From positions 2,164,846 through 2,228,845 of the forward strand of contig CAVOSI010000002.1 in the NCBI GenBank assembly GCA_963698875.1: 64,000 nucleotides of DNA. Direction: 5' to 3'. This DNA comes from an uncultured Solirubrobacterales bacterium. Lineage in GTDB: Bacteria > Actinomycetota > Thermoleophilia > Solirubrobacterales > Solirubrobacteraceae. Below, one piece after another: positions 28,267 to 40,499 of this stretch (its first letter is position 1; every line of letters begins with the position of its first letter). The translations under genes were made by a program, and so were the position numbers. The notes below the pieces were generated by a model, which was given only the letters and a program-made list of their open reading frames with translations, ran no database searches and was not told the origin of the DNA.

Positions 28267-29376
28267 GTGGAGATCAGGCCGTTTGCGATCGAGCGCTTCT
28301 ACGAGCGCTGGGAGTTCCGCGCGGAGCTGATGCTCTCGAGCAGCGACTGCGAGTCGCGAGCCTTGGCGGAGCTGCTCGAGCTGGAGCCCGACGCCCACGA
28401 GCGGCTGCTCGCGCTGCGCCTGGGCTACACCGAGGTGCCCGGCTCGCCCGAGCTGTGCGCCGCAGTATCCGAGCTCTACGAGCAGCTGGCGCCGACCGAC
28501 GTGCTCACGCTCGCCGCCGCCGAGGAGGGGATCTTCATCGCCTACCACGCGCTGCTCGGCCCCGGCGACCACGTGGTCGTCGAGGCGCCCTGCTACGGGT
28601 CGGCGATCGAGCTCGCGCGCAGCACCGGCGCGGAGGTGAGCCTCTGGCAGCGCCGCTACGAGGACGGCTGGGCGCACGACCTCGACGCGCTCGAAGCGGA
28701 GCTCCGCCCGCAGACGAAGCTGATCTACATCAACAGCCCCCACAACCCGACGGGTACAGCAGATGAGCAGAGCGGTCTTCGAGCGCGTCGTCGAGCTCGC
28801 CCGCGAGCGCTCGATCGTGCTCTTCAGCGACGAGGTCTACCGCGGGCTCGAGCACGATCCGCTCACGCGGCTGCCTGCCGCGTGCGACGTCTACGAGCGC
28901 GCGATCTCGCTCGGGCACCGTCTCCAAGGCCCACGGGCTGCCCGGGCTGCGCATCGGCTGGCTGGCCTGCCGCGACCCGGCGCTGCTCGCGCGCATCAGG
29001 GAGCTGAAGCTCTACACGACGATCTGCTCGAGCGCGCCGAGCGAACTGCTCGTCGCGCTGGCGCTGCGCCACGCCGAGCGGCTCGTGCAGCGCAGAGCCG
29101 CCGGCTGGTGCTCGCGAACCTGCCGCTGCTCGATGACTTCATCGCCCGCCGCGAGCGAGCTGCTCGAGTGGGTGCGCCCGAGCGCCGGGCCGATCGGCTT
29201 CCCGCGCGTGCGCGGTGTCGATGACGTGCGCGCTGGTGTGAGCAGACCGCCGAGCGCGCGAGCGTGCTGGTGCTGCCGGGAACGGTCTATGAACGAGCCG
29301 GGCCACGTGCGTCTGGGCTTCGGCCGCGCGAACCTCGCCGCAGGCGCTGGAGCGCCTCGAGGCGTACCTCGGCTGA
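28267..29376 (+). CDS. Class I/II PLP-dependent aminotransferase (several frameshifts)
   Basis: INSPHNPTG, FSDEVY and SKAHGLPGLRIGW, spread across frames. Confidence 0.85.
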
Positions 29377-29394
29377 GCTTTAGAACCTGTTTTC

Positions 29395-30161
29395 TCAGAG
29401 CACCTTCGAGAGGAACGCGCGCGTGCGCTCGTGGCGCGGGTTGGCGAGCACCTCCGCCGGGCGGCCCGACTCGACGACGACGCCGCCGTCCATGAACACG
29501 ACCGTGTCGGCGACCTCGCGCGCGAAGCCCATCTCGTGGGTCACCACGACCATCGTCATGCCGTCGCGCGCGAGCTGCTGCATCGCGCGAGCACGTCGCC
29601 GACGAGCTCGGGGTCGAGCGCCGAGGTCGGCTCGTCGAACAGCATCAGCTTCGGTTCCATCGCCAGCGCACGCGCGATCGCCACGCGCTGCTGCTGCCCG
29701 CCGGAGAGCTGCGCCGGGTAGGCGTCGAGCTTGTCCGCGAGCCCGACGCGCGCGAGCAGCTCGCGTGCCGCGCTGCACGTGCCTGCTCGCGCGGCAGCGC
29801 CCTTGACGCGGATCGGCGCGCAGGTGACGTTCTCCAGCGCGGTCATGTGTGGGAACAGGTTGAAGTGCTGGAAGACCATCCCGATCTCGGCGCGCTTGCG
29901 CGCGACTTCGGCTTCGCGCAGCTCGTGGAGCTTGTCGCCGACCTGGCGGTAGCCGACGAGCTCGCCGTCGACCGAGAGGCGGCCGGAGTTGATCTTCTCG
30001 AGGTGGTTGATGCAGCGCAGGAAGGTCGACTTGCCCGAGCCCGAGGGCCCGAGCAGGCACATCACCTCGCCTGGCTTCACCTCGAGCTGATGCCCTTCAG
30101 CACCTCTTCGCGCCCGAAGCGCTTGTGCACGCCTTCGGCATTGACCATCGGCGGCGCTCAT
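29395..30161 (-). CDS. Polar amino-acid ABC transporter ATP-binding protein (frameshifted)
   Basis: GPSGSGKST, LSGGQQQRVAIARAL, FDEPTSALDPE and VTHEMGFA. Confidence 0.92.
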
Positions 30162-31093
30162 CCGATGCCCCCATTGCGGCGGTGAGGCGAGCGTGGCCGA
30201 TGCGTCAGCTCGCTCTTGGCCCGCTCGCTGCGCGAGCTACCGCGCCCGTAGTAGCGCTCGAGGTAGTACTGGCCGACGTAGAGCACGCTCGTGCACACGA
30301 GGTACCAGATGCTCGACGATGATCAGCAGCGGGATCGCCTTGAAGTTGACCGAGTAGATCAGCTGCGCCGCGTAGAGCAGCTCGGTGACGGCGATCACGC
30401 TCGCCAGCGAGGTCGTCTTGAGCATCGAGATCGTCTCGTTGCCGGTCGGCGGGATGATCACGCGCATCGCCTGCGGCAGCACGATCCGGCGCAGCGTCTG
30501 CAGCGCGCGTCATGCCCAGCGACTGTGCCGCGTCGGTCTGGCCCTCGTCGACCGAGATGATCCCCGCGCGCACGATCTCCGCCATGTAGGCGCCCTCGTT
30601 CAGCCCGAGGCCGAGGATCGCCGCGCGGAAGGCCGTGATCAGCGTGTTGGCGTCGGGGTGGACGAACGCCGGCCCGAACGGGAACTCCCGAGGTCGATCT
30701 TCGGGTAGAGCGCGGCGATGTTGTACCAGAACAGCAGCTGCACGAGCACGGGTGTGCCGCGGAAGAACCAGATGTAGAGCCAGCTCGCGCGTGAGACGAG
30801 CGGGTTCGGCGAGAGCCGCATCACCGCCAGCAGCACGCCGAGCACGATCCCGATCGCCATCGCGATCACGGTCAGCTCGATCGTCACCACGAGCCCTTCG
30901 AGGATCCGCGCGTCGAACAGGTATTCGCCGACGACGTCCCATTCGAAGCGCGGGTTGGTCACGACCGAGCGGACGAGCGCGGCGCGATCACGAGGACGAT
31001 CGCCGCCGCGATCCAGCGGCCGGGGTGCCGGACCGGGACGGCCCGTATCTCCTCGGGCCGCCCGGTCGGGCTGGTGACCTCGCTCGAGGGCAC
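30158..31093 (-). CDS. Polar amino-acid ABC transporter permease (frameshifted)
   Basis: [24 protein letters not shown] and [11 protein letters not shown]. Confidence 0.9.
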
Positions 31094-31107
31094 CGGCTTT
31101 ACTCGCT

Positions 31108-32020
31108 CTAGCTCGTCGCGCCGTTGATCTTCGGTTCGGTGATCGCGCCTGCCTGCAAGCCCCACTTCGTGAGGATCTTGCGTGTACGTGCCGTTTGCGA
31201 TCAGCGCTTTCAGCGCCGCCAGCATCGGTGCGGTCATGCCGCTCGTCTTCGGGATCGCAAGCCCGTAGGGCGCGAGCGCCGTAGGTCTTGACCGATCAGC
31301 TTGAAGGCGCCGTTGGACTGCTTGACCTGGTAGGCGGCGACCGGCGAGTCGGCCATGCCAACTTCCGCGCGCCCGCTGGAGATCGCGAGGTTGACCGCGT
31401 TCTGGCCGGGGAAGATGAGCACGGTCACGGCCTTCTTGCCTTCTTTGGTGCACTTCTTGCTCTGCGCTTCGGATTCTTCCTGCTCGACGGTGCCCTTCTC
31501 GACGGCGACCGTCTTGCCGCAGAGGTCCGCGACAGCCATTCACGCCCGGGTTGCCTGTGCTCTTGGCGTAGAAGGAGATGCCGGCGGTGAAGTAGTCGAC
31601 GAAGTCGACCGTCTTCTCGCGTTCCTTGGTGTCGGTGAACGACGAGGCGCCGACGTCGTATCTGCCGGCCGCGAGGCCGGGGATGATCGTTTCGAAGTTC
31701 GCGTTGACGAGGTTGACTTTCAGGCCCATGACTTCGCCGAGAGCATTCATCAGGTCAGCGTCCATGCCGATGATCGTGTGGCCGTCAGGAGCGATGAACT
31801 CGTTGGGGGCGTACTGGGCTTCGGTGGCAACGGTCAGCGTGCCCTTCGATTTGATCGCGGCCGGCACCTGCGCGGCGATTGCGGAGTTGGCTGCGCTTGC
31901 CCGCCGAGGAGGTGGTCGCGGATCGAGGATGTGCTCGTGCTGCTGTTGCTGCTGCCGCAGCCGGCGAGTGCCAGCAGGGCCAAGCGCGGGAACGCCGAAA
32001 CGGGCGAGCAGCTTGCTCAT
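31108..32020 (-). CDS. Amino-acid ABC transporter substrate-binding lipoprotein (frameshifted)
   Basis: [28 protein letters not shown] and [13 protein letters not shown]. Confidence 0.88.
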
Positions 32021-32150
32021 CGAGACCTCCTGTGGGATAAGACGAGTGGACAGCGGATCTGAGGAGCAGCGGAGTATAGGCTCGTACCACCGGCGAATGC
32101 ATGGCGCCGGGTGCTGTGCGTACCGCGGTGTCTGCGAAGGTCAGGCTCGT

Positions 32151-34551
32151 CTAGAGGGCGGGTGAATCCACCGTCAGGCGTACTGCGCCGGGCTTCAGCA
32201 GCTCGCCGATCAGCGCGGCTGGGCCAGGCTTGCCCATCAGGAAGCCCTGGGCCATCTCGCAGCCCATCTCTTCGAGCATCGTCATCTGCTCGGCGCTCCT
32301 CGATGCCCTCGGCGACGACCGACAGCGACAGCGCCTCGCCGACGCCGAGGATCGCCTGCAGCAGCTCGCGGCTCTGGTCGCCGTCGTTGAGCGCGGCCAC
32401 GAAGCTGCGGTCGATCTTGAGGATGTCCACAGGCATCCGCTGGAGCTGCGAGAGCGAGGCGTAGCCGGTGCCGAAGTCGTCGATCGCGACACGTACCCCG
32501 AGCTCCTTGATCTCCTTGAGCGACTCGCAGGCGGCGCCGACGTCGCGCATCAGCGTCGTCTCGGTGATCTCGAGCGTCAAGCAGCGAGGGCTTGATGCCC
32601 GACTTCTGCCAGCGCCGCGCGCACGTCCTCGGCGAAAGCCTCGTGCGGCCGAGCTGGTGCGCGGAGACGTTGACAGCGATGCCGAGCTCGAGACCTTCCG
32701 CCGCCCAGGCAGCCGCCTGGCGGCAGGCCTCCTCGAGCACCCAGCGGCCGATCTGCGACGATCATGCCGGTCTCCTCCGCGAGCGGAATGAAGCTGTCCG
32801 GTGGCACCATGCCACGCACGGGGTGCTGCCAGCGGATCAGCGCCTCGACGCCGACGACGCCCTGGCTGGGGAGGTCGAAGATCGGCTGGTAGAGCAGGTA
32901 GAACTGGTCCTGCTGCAGCGGCGACGGCGAGGTCGGCCTCCAGCTCCAGGCGCCCTTCAGCCGCCTTCGTACATGCTCGCATCGAACAGCGCGTAGCGGT
33001 CCTTGCCGGCTGCCTTCGCGGCGTAGAGCGCGAGGTCCGCGTCGCGCAGCAGCGTCGTCCGGTGAGTTGTACTGCCCGAAGGCCACGCCGATGCTGGCCG
33101 TCACGGCAGAAGAGTCTTGCGCGCCGCCGTCGAGTGCGACCGGTTCGCGCAGCACCTCCGTCAGACGGTCCGCGAGGATGTCCAGCGTCGTCTCATCGCC
33201 GGCCGTGTCGACCAGCACCACGAACTCATCGCCGCCGAGACGCCCGACCGTGTCGTGGTCGCGCACAGCGCCCTGCAGGCGCTCACCGACGGTCTTCAAG
33301 CAGCTGATCGCCGGCCGCGTGGCCGAGGTTGTCGTTGACGTGCTTGAAGCCGTCAATGTCGATGAACAGCGCGCCCGCGAGCGTGCCCGGATGACGCGTC
33401 GAGCGGCCGAGCATCTGCTCGGCGCGGTCGAGTACCAAGCGCTCGGTTCGGCAGGCCTGTGAGCGCGTCGTGCAGGGCTTGGTGGGACGAGCTCGCGAGT
33501 CTTCTCGTGGACGAGCGCCAGTGCCCGACGTGCGACCTGTGCCGAGCACGAAGCCGAGCAGGCCGAAGACGAGGCTGAGGAGGGTGCCGCCGATCAGCAA
33601 TGTCAGCGCGTGCCAGTTGCTGAAAACGCCGCTCGCGACCGGCGGACCGAAGCTCTGCACGGTCCAGCCGTTGTGCAGGTTGATCTTTGAGATCTGCTCA
33701 CCGGCCTTGGCGTGCCCTGCCTTGAAGGCCACGTGCGAGCCGGGTGAGTCGTAGCGGAAGCTCACCGCCATGTTGGGGTGACCTTCGAGTGCGCGCGTGA
33801 GCACTACCTGTCGGCTTGAGCAGCTCGCCGAGCCAGCCCAAGAAGGCATGCGCGGCGGGCCCGTACGGTGGCAGGCACGACGCCGCCGCGGTACACGGGC
33901 GTCTCGACCCCGAGCTTGGTTTCTGCGCCGCTCATGAACGGTGCGTAGCTCGGCAGCCCCGTGTCGCGCCCGGCGACGAGCGAGGGGGCTAGCGCGCAGT
34001 AGTCGAGGGCGCCGGGCAGGTAGGTCTTTGCGGACCGCGTCAAGCCGGCGACGGCCATGCAGTAGTAGGGACGGGTTCCAGCAGGGATGATTTCGCCGGT
34101 TTCCGGTGGCAGCAGCGTTTTGGGGCCGAAGCGGACGTAGCGGGTTCGCGGCCATGTGTGCCTGAAAGGCAGCGAGACGCGAAGCGGGGACCATCGTGAC
34201 GAGGCCGATGTCGTGTAGCTCTTGGTAGCGCTGCATCGCGTGCACCGATTCGGCCCAGCGGTCGAAGTCAGCGGCCGAGGAACTGGGGTTACCGGTGATG
34301 AAGGCGCTCGCGCTGACAACGAGGTCTTCCTCGTGCTGGATCGCCAGCTTCAGCGTTGAGGCGATCTCGGCAGAGGAGAGGTGAAAGCTCAGGCGCGTTT
34401 TGTCCCCATCGGAGCGCGCCACCGCCTTGGCGCCGAGAATGGCGGCGAGCGTGCCGACGATTACCAGCAGGCTGGTGATGGCCACCCAGATACCTTGGCG
34501 GCCATTTGTCAGGCCTTTCAGGCGTGCGCGCGCAGAGAGGCGAGACCTCAC
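32151..34551 (-). CDS. Membrane sensor (CHASE-like) GGDEF-EAL diguanylate cyclase/phosphodiesterase (frameshifted)
   Basis: Two TM segments, FIDIDGFKHVNDNLGHAAGD, RLGGDEF, VEALIRWQHP, DDFGTGYASL and KIDRSF. The start is approximate. Confidence 0.88.
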
Positions 34552-34773
34552 TCGCGAGATCGATTCTGGTTGAGAGCCCAAGGTCGGGCTACTGGTTGCG
34601 CTGGTAGGCACTCGATCTCTTATTCGTTGCTGGTATGCGGCTCGCGTCCGGCGCGATAATCGGGCTGGACTTACCCTTCTTTGCGCGTTTACATTGGTGG
34701 TTGGACGGATATACGGCGCGTGCGATCGATTTGACGCACGCCTCGCCGTGGCGCGCCGGGCTACCATCGCCCC

Positions 34774-35643
34774 ATGCTCTCGCGAGGCGCTCTGCTTGGG
34801 GCGACCCTCATCAGCTGCACGGCACTAGCGCTCGGGGGCTGCGGCGCCGCTGAAGTCCCCGGCCAGCCACATCCAAAGGCAGCACGCTCCACCGCGGGCA
34901 CCACGTCCACTGCCACGACAGGGCAAACCGCTACTGGTACTGGACGTGCGCTACCGCTACCCCCAAACCAGCGCACTCCCGAACTCGCCCGCCGTGAGGT
35001 CTCAGGCAAGGTCAGCCGGGTCGATGCGCTGCCGGCCGCAGCAAAGAGCGGTAGCTATATCGCGCCAGGGGCACCCTCTGACGCTCAGATCAGGGCCGAA
35101 ATCGCACAGGCGCGCAAGGCCGGGATCATTCTTCCGAAGGGCGACAGTGCGGAATCCTTCGAACGCGGCGCCACCTATGTCGGCGGCGGCGGCGGCGCGA
35201 GCTGGGTCTTCCCGATCCAGCCGGTCGCGCTGGTGCTCGGCCCGCAGACCTGGAGCGAAGACCAGGGCGTCGACATAGCCACCAGCCACGGCGCCTGCGG
35301 TAACGCGGCGGTTGAGGTCGCGATCACGGCCGGAACGATCGTGCGCGAGGGGATCTCGGGCTTCGGCCCCTATGCGCCGATCGAGCGCATCGACAGTGGT
35401 CCCTACCGCGGCTGGTTCGTCTACTACGGGCACGCTGCTCCTGCGCTCGTCCTGGTCGGTTCCCATGTTGTGGCCGGCCAGCCGATCGCGGAGGTCGGCT
35501 GCGGCGTCGTGGGGCTTTCCTCGGGTCCGCACTTGGAGATCGGGCTAACCCCGCCGGGCGGTGCGACCTGCTGCCCGGCGACGGGCCAGACCTCCTCCGT
35601 GGTGGAGGGCATCATGCGCCAGCTCTATCTGGGCTCGAGTTGA
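34774..35643 (+). CDS. M23-family peptidase-like lipoprotein
   Basis: Lipobox LALGGC, then [22 protein letters not shown] and GPHLEIG. Confidence 0.82.
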   Translation: MLSRGALLGATLISCTALALGGCGAAEVPGQPHPKAARSTAGTTSTATTGQTATGTGRALPLPPNQRTPELARREVSGKVSRVDALPAAAKSGSYIAPGAPSDAQIRAEIAQARKAGIILPKGDSAESFERGATYVGGGGGASWVFPIQPVALVLGPQTWSEDQGVDIATSHGACGNAAVEVAITAGTIVREGISGFGPYAPIERIDSGPYRGWFVYYGHAAPALVLVGSHVVAGQPIAEVGCGVVGLSSGPHLEIGLTPPGGATCCPATGQTSSVVEGIMRQLYLGSS

Positions 35644-35689
35644 GCACCCTGCTCGCGCGACGATACGCCTTGTCCTTGCGCTAGGCTTG

Positions 35690-35810
35690 CGCACGCCTAA
35701 TCACGGACGCGTGTCCGTGAGCGGGGGAACCGAGTTGTTGGGGCGAGTTCCGCGGTAATCCACGGAAGGCGCAGGTCGCTAGCCCGTCAGCTAACCCCGT
35801 CGGCCGACGA
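35690..35810 (+). ncRNA. c-di-AMP (ydaO/yuaA) riboswitch
   Basis: GCCTAATC start, hairpin TCACGGAC/GTCCGTGA, GGGGGAACC (35723), TTGGGGCGAG (35738) and CCCGTCAGCTAACCCCGTCGGC (35783-35804). It sits directly upstream of a cell-wall peptidase, as is typical in Actinobacteria. Confidence 0.88.
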
Positions 35811-35822
35811 TGAGAGGCAGGC

Positions 35823-36597
35823 TTGCGCCAGCGTTCGCAGACGCGTGCAGTCCCGATCGTGCTGATGTTGATGGCCGCGTTCGCGCTGGCGGTCCCGACG
35901 GCTCTGGGTGCAAGCACCGGTGGCACCGCGGTCGCGCCTCCGACGACGCTCACACCCGTGCCCGCCGCGAGCCCGCCCGAAACCTCGGCGACGGGTGGCA
36001 CGACCGTGCCCTCGGCCCCGATCTTTGCCGGCAGCCCCTATCCGTTGAGTCCCGGCGGCTGGGTCTTCCCGCTGTATCCGCTCTCGCACGTAGGCGCGAA
36101 AAGCTGGTGGTCGCTCGACCAGGGAGTTGACCTCGGTGGCAACGCCAACCAGTGCGGTTCGCATCTGCGCGAGCTCGCGGTCGCAAGCGGCACGATCGTG
36201 CACGAGGGCCTCGAAGGCTTTGGCTCCTCAGCGCCCGTACTCCTCGTCGACAGCGGCCCGGACCGCGGCCGCTACATCTACTACGGCCACGCGGCTCCCG
36301 CCCTGGTAGTCGGTGGGCACCCACGTGAGCGCCGGACAGCCGATCGCCGAGGTCGGCTGCGGGCAGGTCGGCATCTCCTCTGCGCCGCACCTCGAGATCG
36401 GGATTCTGCCGGCAGGCGTGAGCAATCCCGAACGGATGCCTTCCGTCGGGGAGACCTCCCACGAAGCGCTGGCCAAACTCAGCTCGGCCTACACGAGTGC
36501 AATTAGCGCCTACCGCGCGGCCGCGGCCCGGGCCAAAGGCCAAGCGCGCACAGCACCCGCCGGCACTAGCTGCGTTCAATCTCGTCCAGCGCGCTAA
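35823..36597 (+). CDS. Secreted M23-family peptidase-like protein (frameshift near 36310)
   Basis: Signal peptide, then [22 protein letters not shown] and APHLEIG. Confidence 0.82.
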
Positions 36598-36630
36598 GGC
36601 AACTGGCGGCGGCCTGCCGATGAGGGGCTC

Positions 36631-38854
36631 GTGACCATCTTTACTCGCTTGCTCTCGACCTCTGTCAGACACGTCCCCGCCACACGCACGCCGCCGCACG
36701 GTGATCCTGCTGCTCGCGGTGGCGGTCGTCGCGCTCGCGCTCGCGGCGCCTGCCGGCGCTGTGGTCAAGACCGTCGAAGTCGCTCCCGGGGAAGAAACCA
36801 CGGTGGGGTTGCAGAAGCACAGCACCACGCTCGGTGAAGTGGGCGCCGAACCACGCTCGATTTGACAACCCGCTGGGCAACCCGGTGCTCCATCAGAGCA
36901 GCGACGTCTACGCGATCTACTGGGACCCGGATGACCTCTACCACGGTGACTGGCAGGAAGTCACGAACCACTTCCTCACAAACGTCGGCGCGGCCAGCGG
37001 CTCGCTCAACAAGTGTCTTCGCAGTCGACGCCCAGTACACGGACAAGACGAACGTACCGGCCACCTATCTCAACACCTTCCGAGGCGCGTACACCGACAC
37101 GCGAGGCCTACCCGGCGCCAGGTTGCACTGACCCCAACCCGATGAGCGCAGGTCGATGCCGGTCGACGTGTGTCACCGACGAGCAGGTTCGCGAAGAGCT
37201 TGCAACATTTCATCACCGACACACGGGCTGCCGAAGGGCATGGGCTCGATCTACTATGTGCTCACACCTCCCGGCGTGACCGTCTGCCTCGACGCGAGGC
37301 GTCTCGGACTTCACACTGCTCGCAGTAACGCCGCCTCCGAGCGAACAGCTTCTGCAGCTACCACCGGACATCAACCCCGGGGGCCTCGCGAGCGGGGACG
37401 CAAACACGATCCTGTACGCCGTGATCCCCTGGGTCGCGGGCGGCGAGGGCGACCCGCTGCTCGCGCCTGCAGACCGGCAGTCGACGACCGACTGCCAGGA
37501 TGGTGGCTTTGACCCCAGCAGCGAACCTTCGGAGAAGCGCGAGAAAGCCAAGGAAAAATCCAAAAAGGAAATCGAAGCCTTCGAAGAAGCGACGGGCGAA
37601 GAAAAAGAAAAGATCGAAAAGGCTGAGGCACTCGAAGGGCCGCACATCCAGGAGCCCAACCAGAACGACCTGCCCGACGGTGTCCGACGGCGGCTGCGAC
37701 ACGGGCCTGGCCGACATGATCGTCAACCAGCTGGCGCAGCGAGCAGCAGAACATCGTCACCGACCCGCTGCTGAACGCCTGGCAGGACCCGAACCGGCAA
37801 CGAGGTCACCGACGAGTGCCGCAACTGTCTTCGCGCCTGATCGTGGGCGGCGCCTCGACCGCAAACGAACACAGTGGCGCCGGAACACTCTTCAACCAGG
37901 CGCTCAACGGCGGTCAGCTACTACCTGAACAACGCCTTCAACCTGGCCGCTACCAAGCTGCCCTACCCCGGCGTGCCGGCTGCCTCCAGCATGTCAACCT
38001 GATGCCAAACTTCAACCTGCGCCCAACCCGGTCAACGCCGGCGACCTCGTGGGCTTCGACGGGATGGAGTCGAACATCACGCTCAACGCCGGCGTCCGCT
38101 TCTCCGCGCCGGCACGCCCGAAGCCAACTACGCGAACTACACCTGGAACTTCGGCGACGGTAGCCCGCTCCGTCACCGGCTACGCACCCGGCGCGCCGGC
38201 ATGCGAAGTCGCCCTGGCTGACGCCCTGTGCAGCAAGCGTGTTCCACTCCTACACCTACGGCGGCACCTACCACGGTGACGCTGACAGTCACCGACGTCG
38301 GCGGCTACATCGCAAGCACGACGCAGAACATCACTGTCGATCGGCGCCGGCCCGCCCCCGCCCCCGGCCCCGACACCGGCTCCGGGCTCGACGGCCACGA
38401 GCGGACAGCTCGACCGCGGCGCCGGCAGGCTCGGGCTCTGGCCAGGCGACCGTCGTCCCGAACCCGCTCGCGACCGCCGCGATCGTCTCACGCTCGCTCA
38501 AGGCCGCGGTGCGCAAGGGACTCGTCGTGCGCTACTCGGTCAACGAGCAGGTCGCCGGACGCTTCGAAGTGCTGATCCCCAGCACGCGTCGCGCAAGCGC
38601 CTCGGCATCACGGGCACGCCGGCGACCGGGCTGCCCGCGGGCAGTGCCCGCTGAGATCGTGGTCGAGCAAAGCGATCCTCGTCACCACCAAGGGCGGGCG
38701 CAGCACGGTCACGATCAGTTCTCCAAGCGCACCGCCGGGCGCCTTCGCCACACGCACAAGCTCGTCGCTGATGCTGCGTCTGATCGTCCGCAACGCCGCT
38801 GCTCACAGCCCCGCTAGCACCACGGTTGTGACTGCGGCCACGCTCACGCACTGA
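36631..38854 (+). CDS. Large secreted protein with a PKD-like domain (many frameshifts)
   Basis: Protein-like pieces across frames: YAIYWDP, YTWNFGDG, HSYTYGG..VTLTVTDVGG, and a basic beta-rich C-terminus. Confidence 0.65.
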
Positions 38855-39065
38855 GCAGCGCCGCGACGGTCGTCAGTCCGCGGTTGTTGCGGTTGCGTCG
38901 CTCGCGTGCCTTGGCGCTAAAGACGAAGTACCAGAGCGCAGCGAGCAGCAGGTAGCCGAAGACCATCGAGACGACCGAGATCACCGCGAGGCCGGTGTTG
39001 CTCGCAGTCACCGATTCGCCGTCGAGCGCGAGCGGGAGCGGATACAGAAGCGTCGCGATACCCAT
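38844..39065 (-). CDS. Small membrane protein
   Basis: GAGG before ATG 39065; one TM segment followed by a basic tail. Confidence 0.55.
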   Translation of the reverse strand: MGIATLLYPLPLALDGESVTASNTGLAVISVVSMVFGYLLLAALWYFVFSAKARERRNRNNRGLTTVAALLSA

Positions 39066-39076
39066 TGCGCTCGCCT

Positions 39077-39895
39077 CTAAAGGCCGGGCCAGTGGCGCGC
39101 GACAAAGCCGGAGTTGTCGACCGATCCGACCTGCCAGCGCGAAGCGTAGACGCCGCTGCGCCCGGCCGTGTCGTACAGCACGCCGTCCACGTACATGTAG
39201 GTGTGACCGGCGTTCGCGTACACCGTGATGTAGCGGCCCGGGCCCGGGCGCGCCCCAGCTCTCGAGTTCGCCCGAGGTCTCCGGTGCGCTCAGCAGTCCG
39301 CCGGCCGCGAGCGCATAGCTGACCGATCCCGAGCAGTCATAGGCGTTGTCCACGAACGAGGCGTGCCCACCGCCGAACACATAGGGGAAGTCTGCGATCT
39401 CGTTGGCGCCGGCAATCACCTTCTGGATCACTTCAGGCACGTTCGGCCGGGATCGGCAGCGAGCCGTTGCCGCCGATCGAGCGACCGCCCGGGACCGGCG
39501 TCAGGCGGTTGTGCTGGGCCTGTTTCGCGCTTCGTTCCACGGCCTGCATCTGCGAAAGCTCGCGCCGGACTTCGGCGTCCGAGGGCGCACCCGCGGCGAT
39601 CGACTTCGCCGGCCTTCTTTGGCGTCGCCGCCGCGGCGTGATGCACGGACGCTGGGGCGGGAAAGCTGCTCGCTTCCTGAGGGTCGGCGACCTCCTTGAC
39701 GGCCCCTGCTGAGGACGCGCCGCCGGCCACGGCGCCTACTCGAGTAGCCCCGACCGTTGCGGCGGCGATGAGGCCCGGGCGCGCGGTCTTGGTATGAGCT
39801 ACGTTGCCGCCGACCTTGGCATCACCGCAGGCGCCCAGGCCGGCTGCCGAGAGTCCGCAGCCGAGGACGAGGAACATTTTCCGGAAGAGCCCCAC
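39077..39895 (-). CDS. NlpC/P60-like cell-wall hydrolase lipoprotein (frameshifted)
   Basis: Lipobox GLGAC, PYVFGGGH and YDCSGSVSYAL, with ANAGHTYM in a shifted frame. Confidence 0.8.
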
Positions 39896-39946
39896 ACACC
39901 TAGGCTAGCGACCGCGTCTGGCGGGAAGTCTCGCTACCCTGATGCG

Positions 39947-40401
39947 ATGCCCGAGGACGCCACCGCCGTGGAGTTGCGGCCCCACGCGCGCCTGCTCCAC
40001 GGCATGCGCCGGCCCGCCAACTGGCTGCAGCTGGTTCGCTTCGGCCTCGTCGGTGGGCTCGGCTTCATCGTCAACCTGGCGGTCTACGCCCTGTTCGTGC
40101 ACCCCCTCGGGGTCGACTACCGCGTCGCGGCGGTCGCCGCTTGGATCGTCGCGGTGCTCAACAACTTCGTGCTCAACCGCCACTGGACATTCGATGCGCG
40201 CGACGGACGCGCGCAGCTTCCAGGCGATGCGATTCGTGGTCGGTGAGCCTCGTGGCCTTCATCTTCAGCCTGCTGCTGCTGACGCTGCTCGTGGAGGGCG
40301 GCGGCCTGGCCAAGGTGCCGGCCCAGGCGATCGCCGTGGCGGCCTCGACCCCGCTGAACTTCCTCGGTAACAAGCTCTGGAGCTTTCGGGCTCAGACCTG
40401 A
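39947..40401 (+). CDS. GtrA-family membrane protein (frameshift near 40220-40245)
   Basis: QLVRFGLVGG, NNFVLNRHWTF and NFLGNKLWSF. Confidence 0.88.
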
Positions 40402-40499
40402 GCCCGCGACCCGCTGAGGGTCCGGATCGCCGCCTGCGCCTCGATCGGCCGGCCAATCCGGGACCTATACTCTGACTTCCCCCGGCTCGGAGGATCTTT

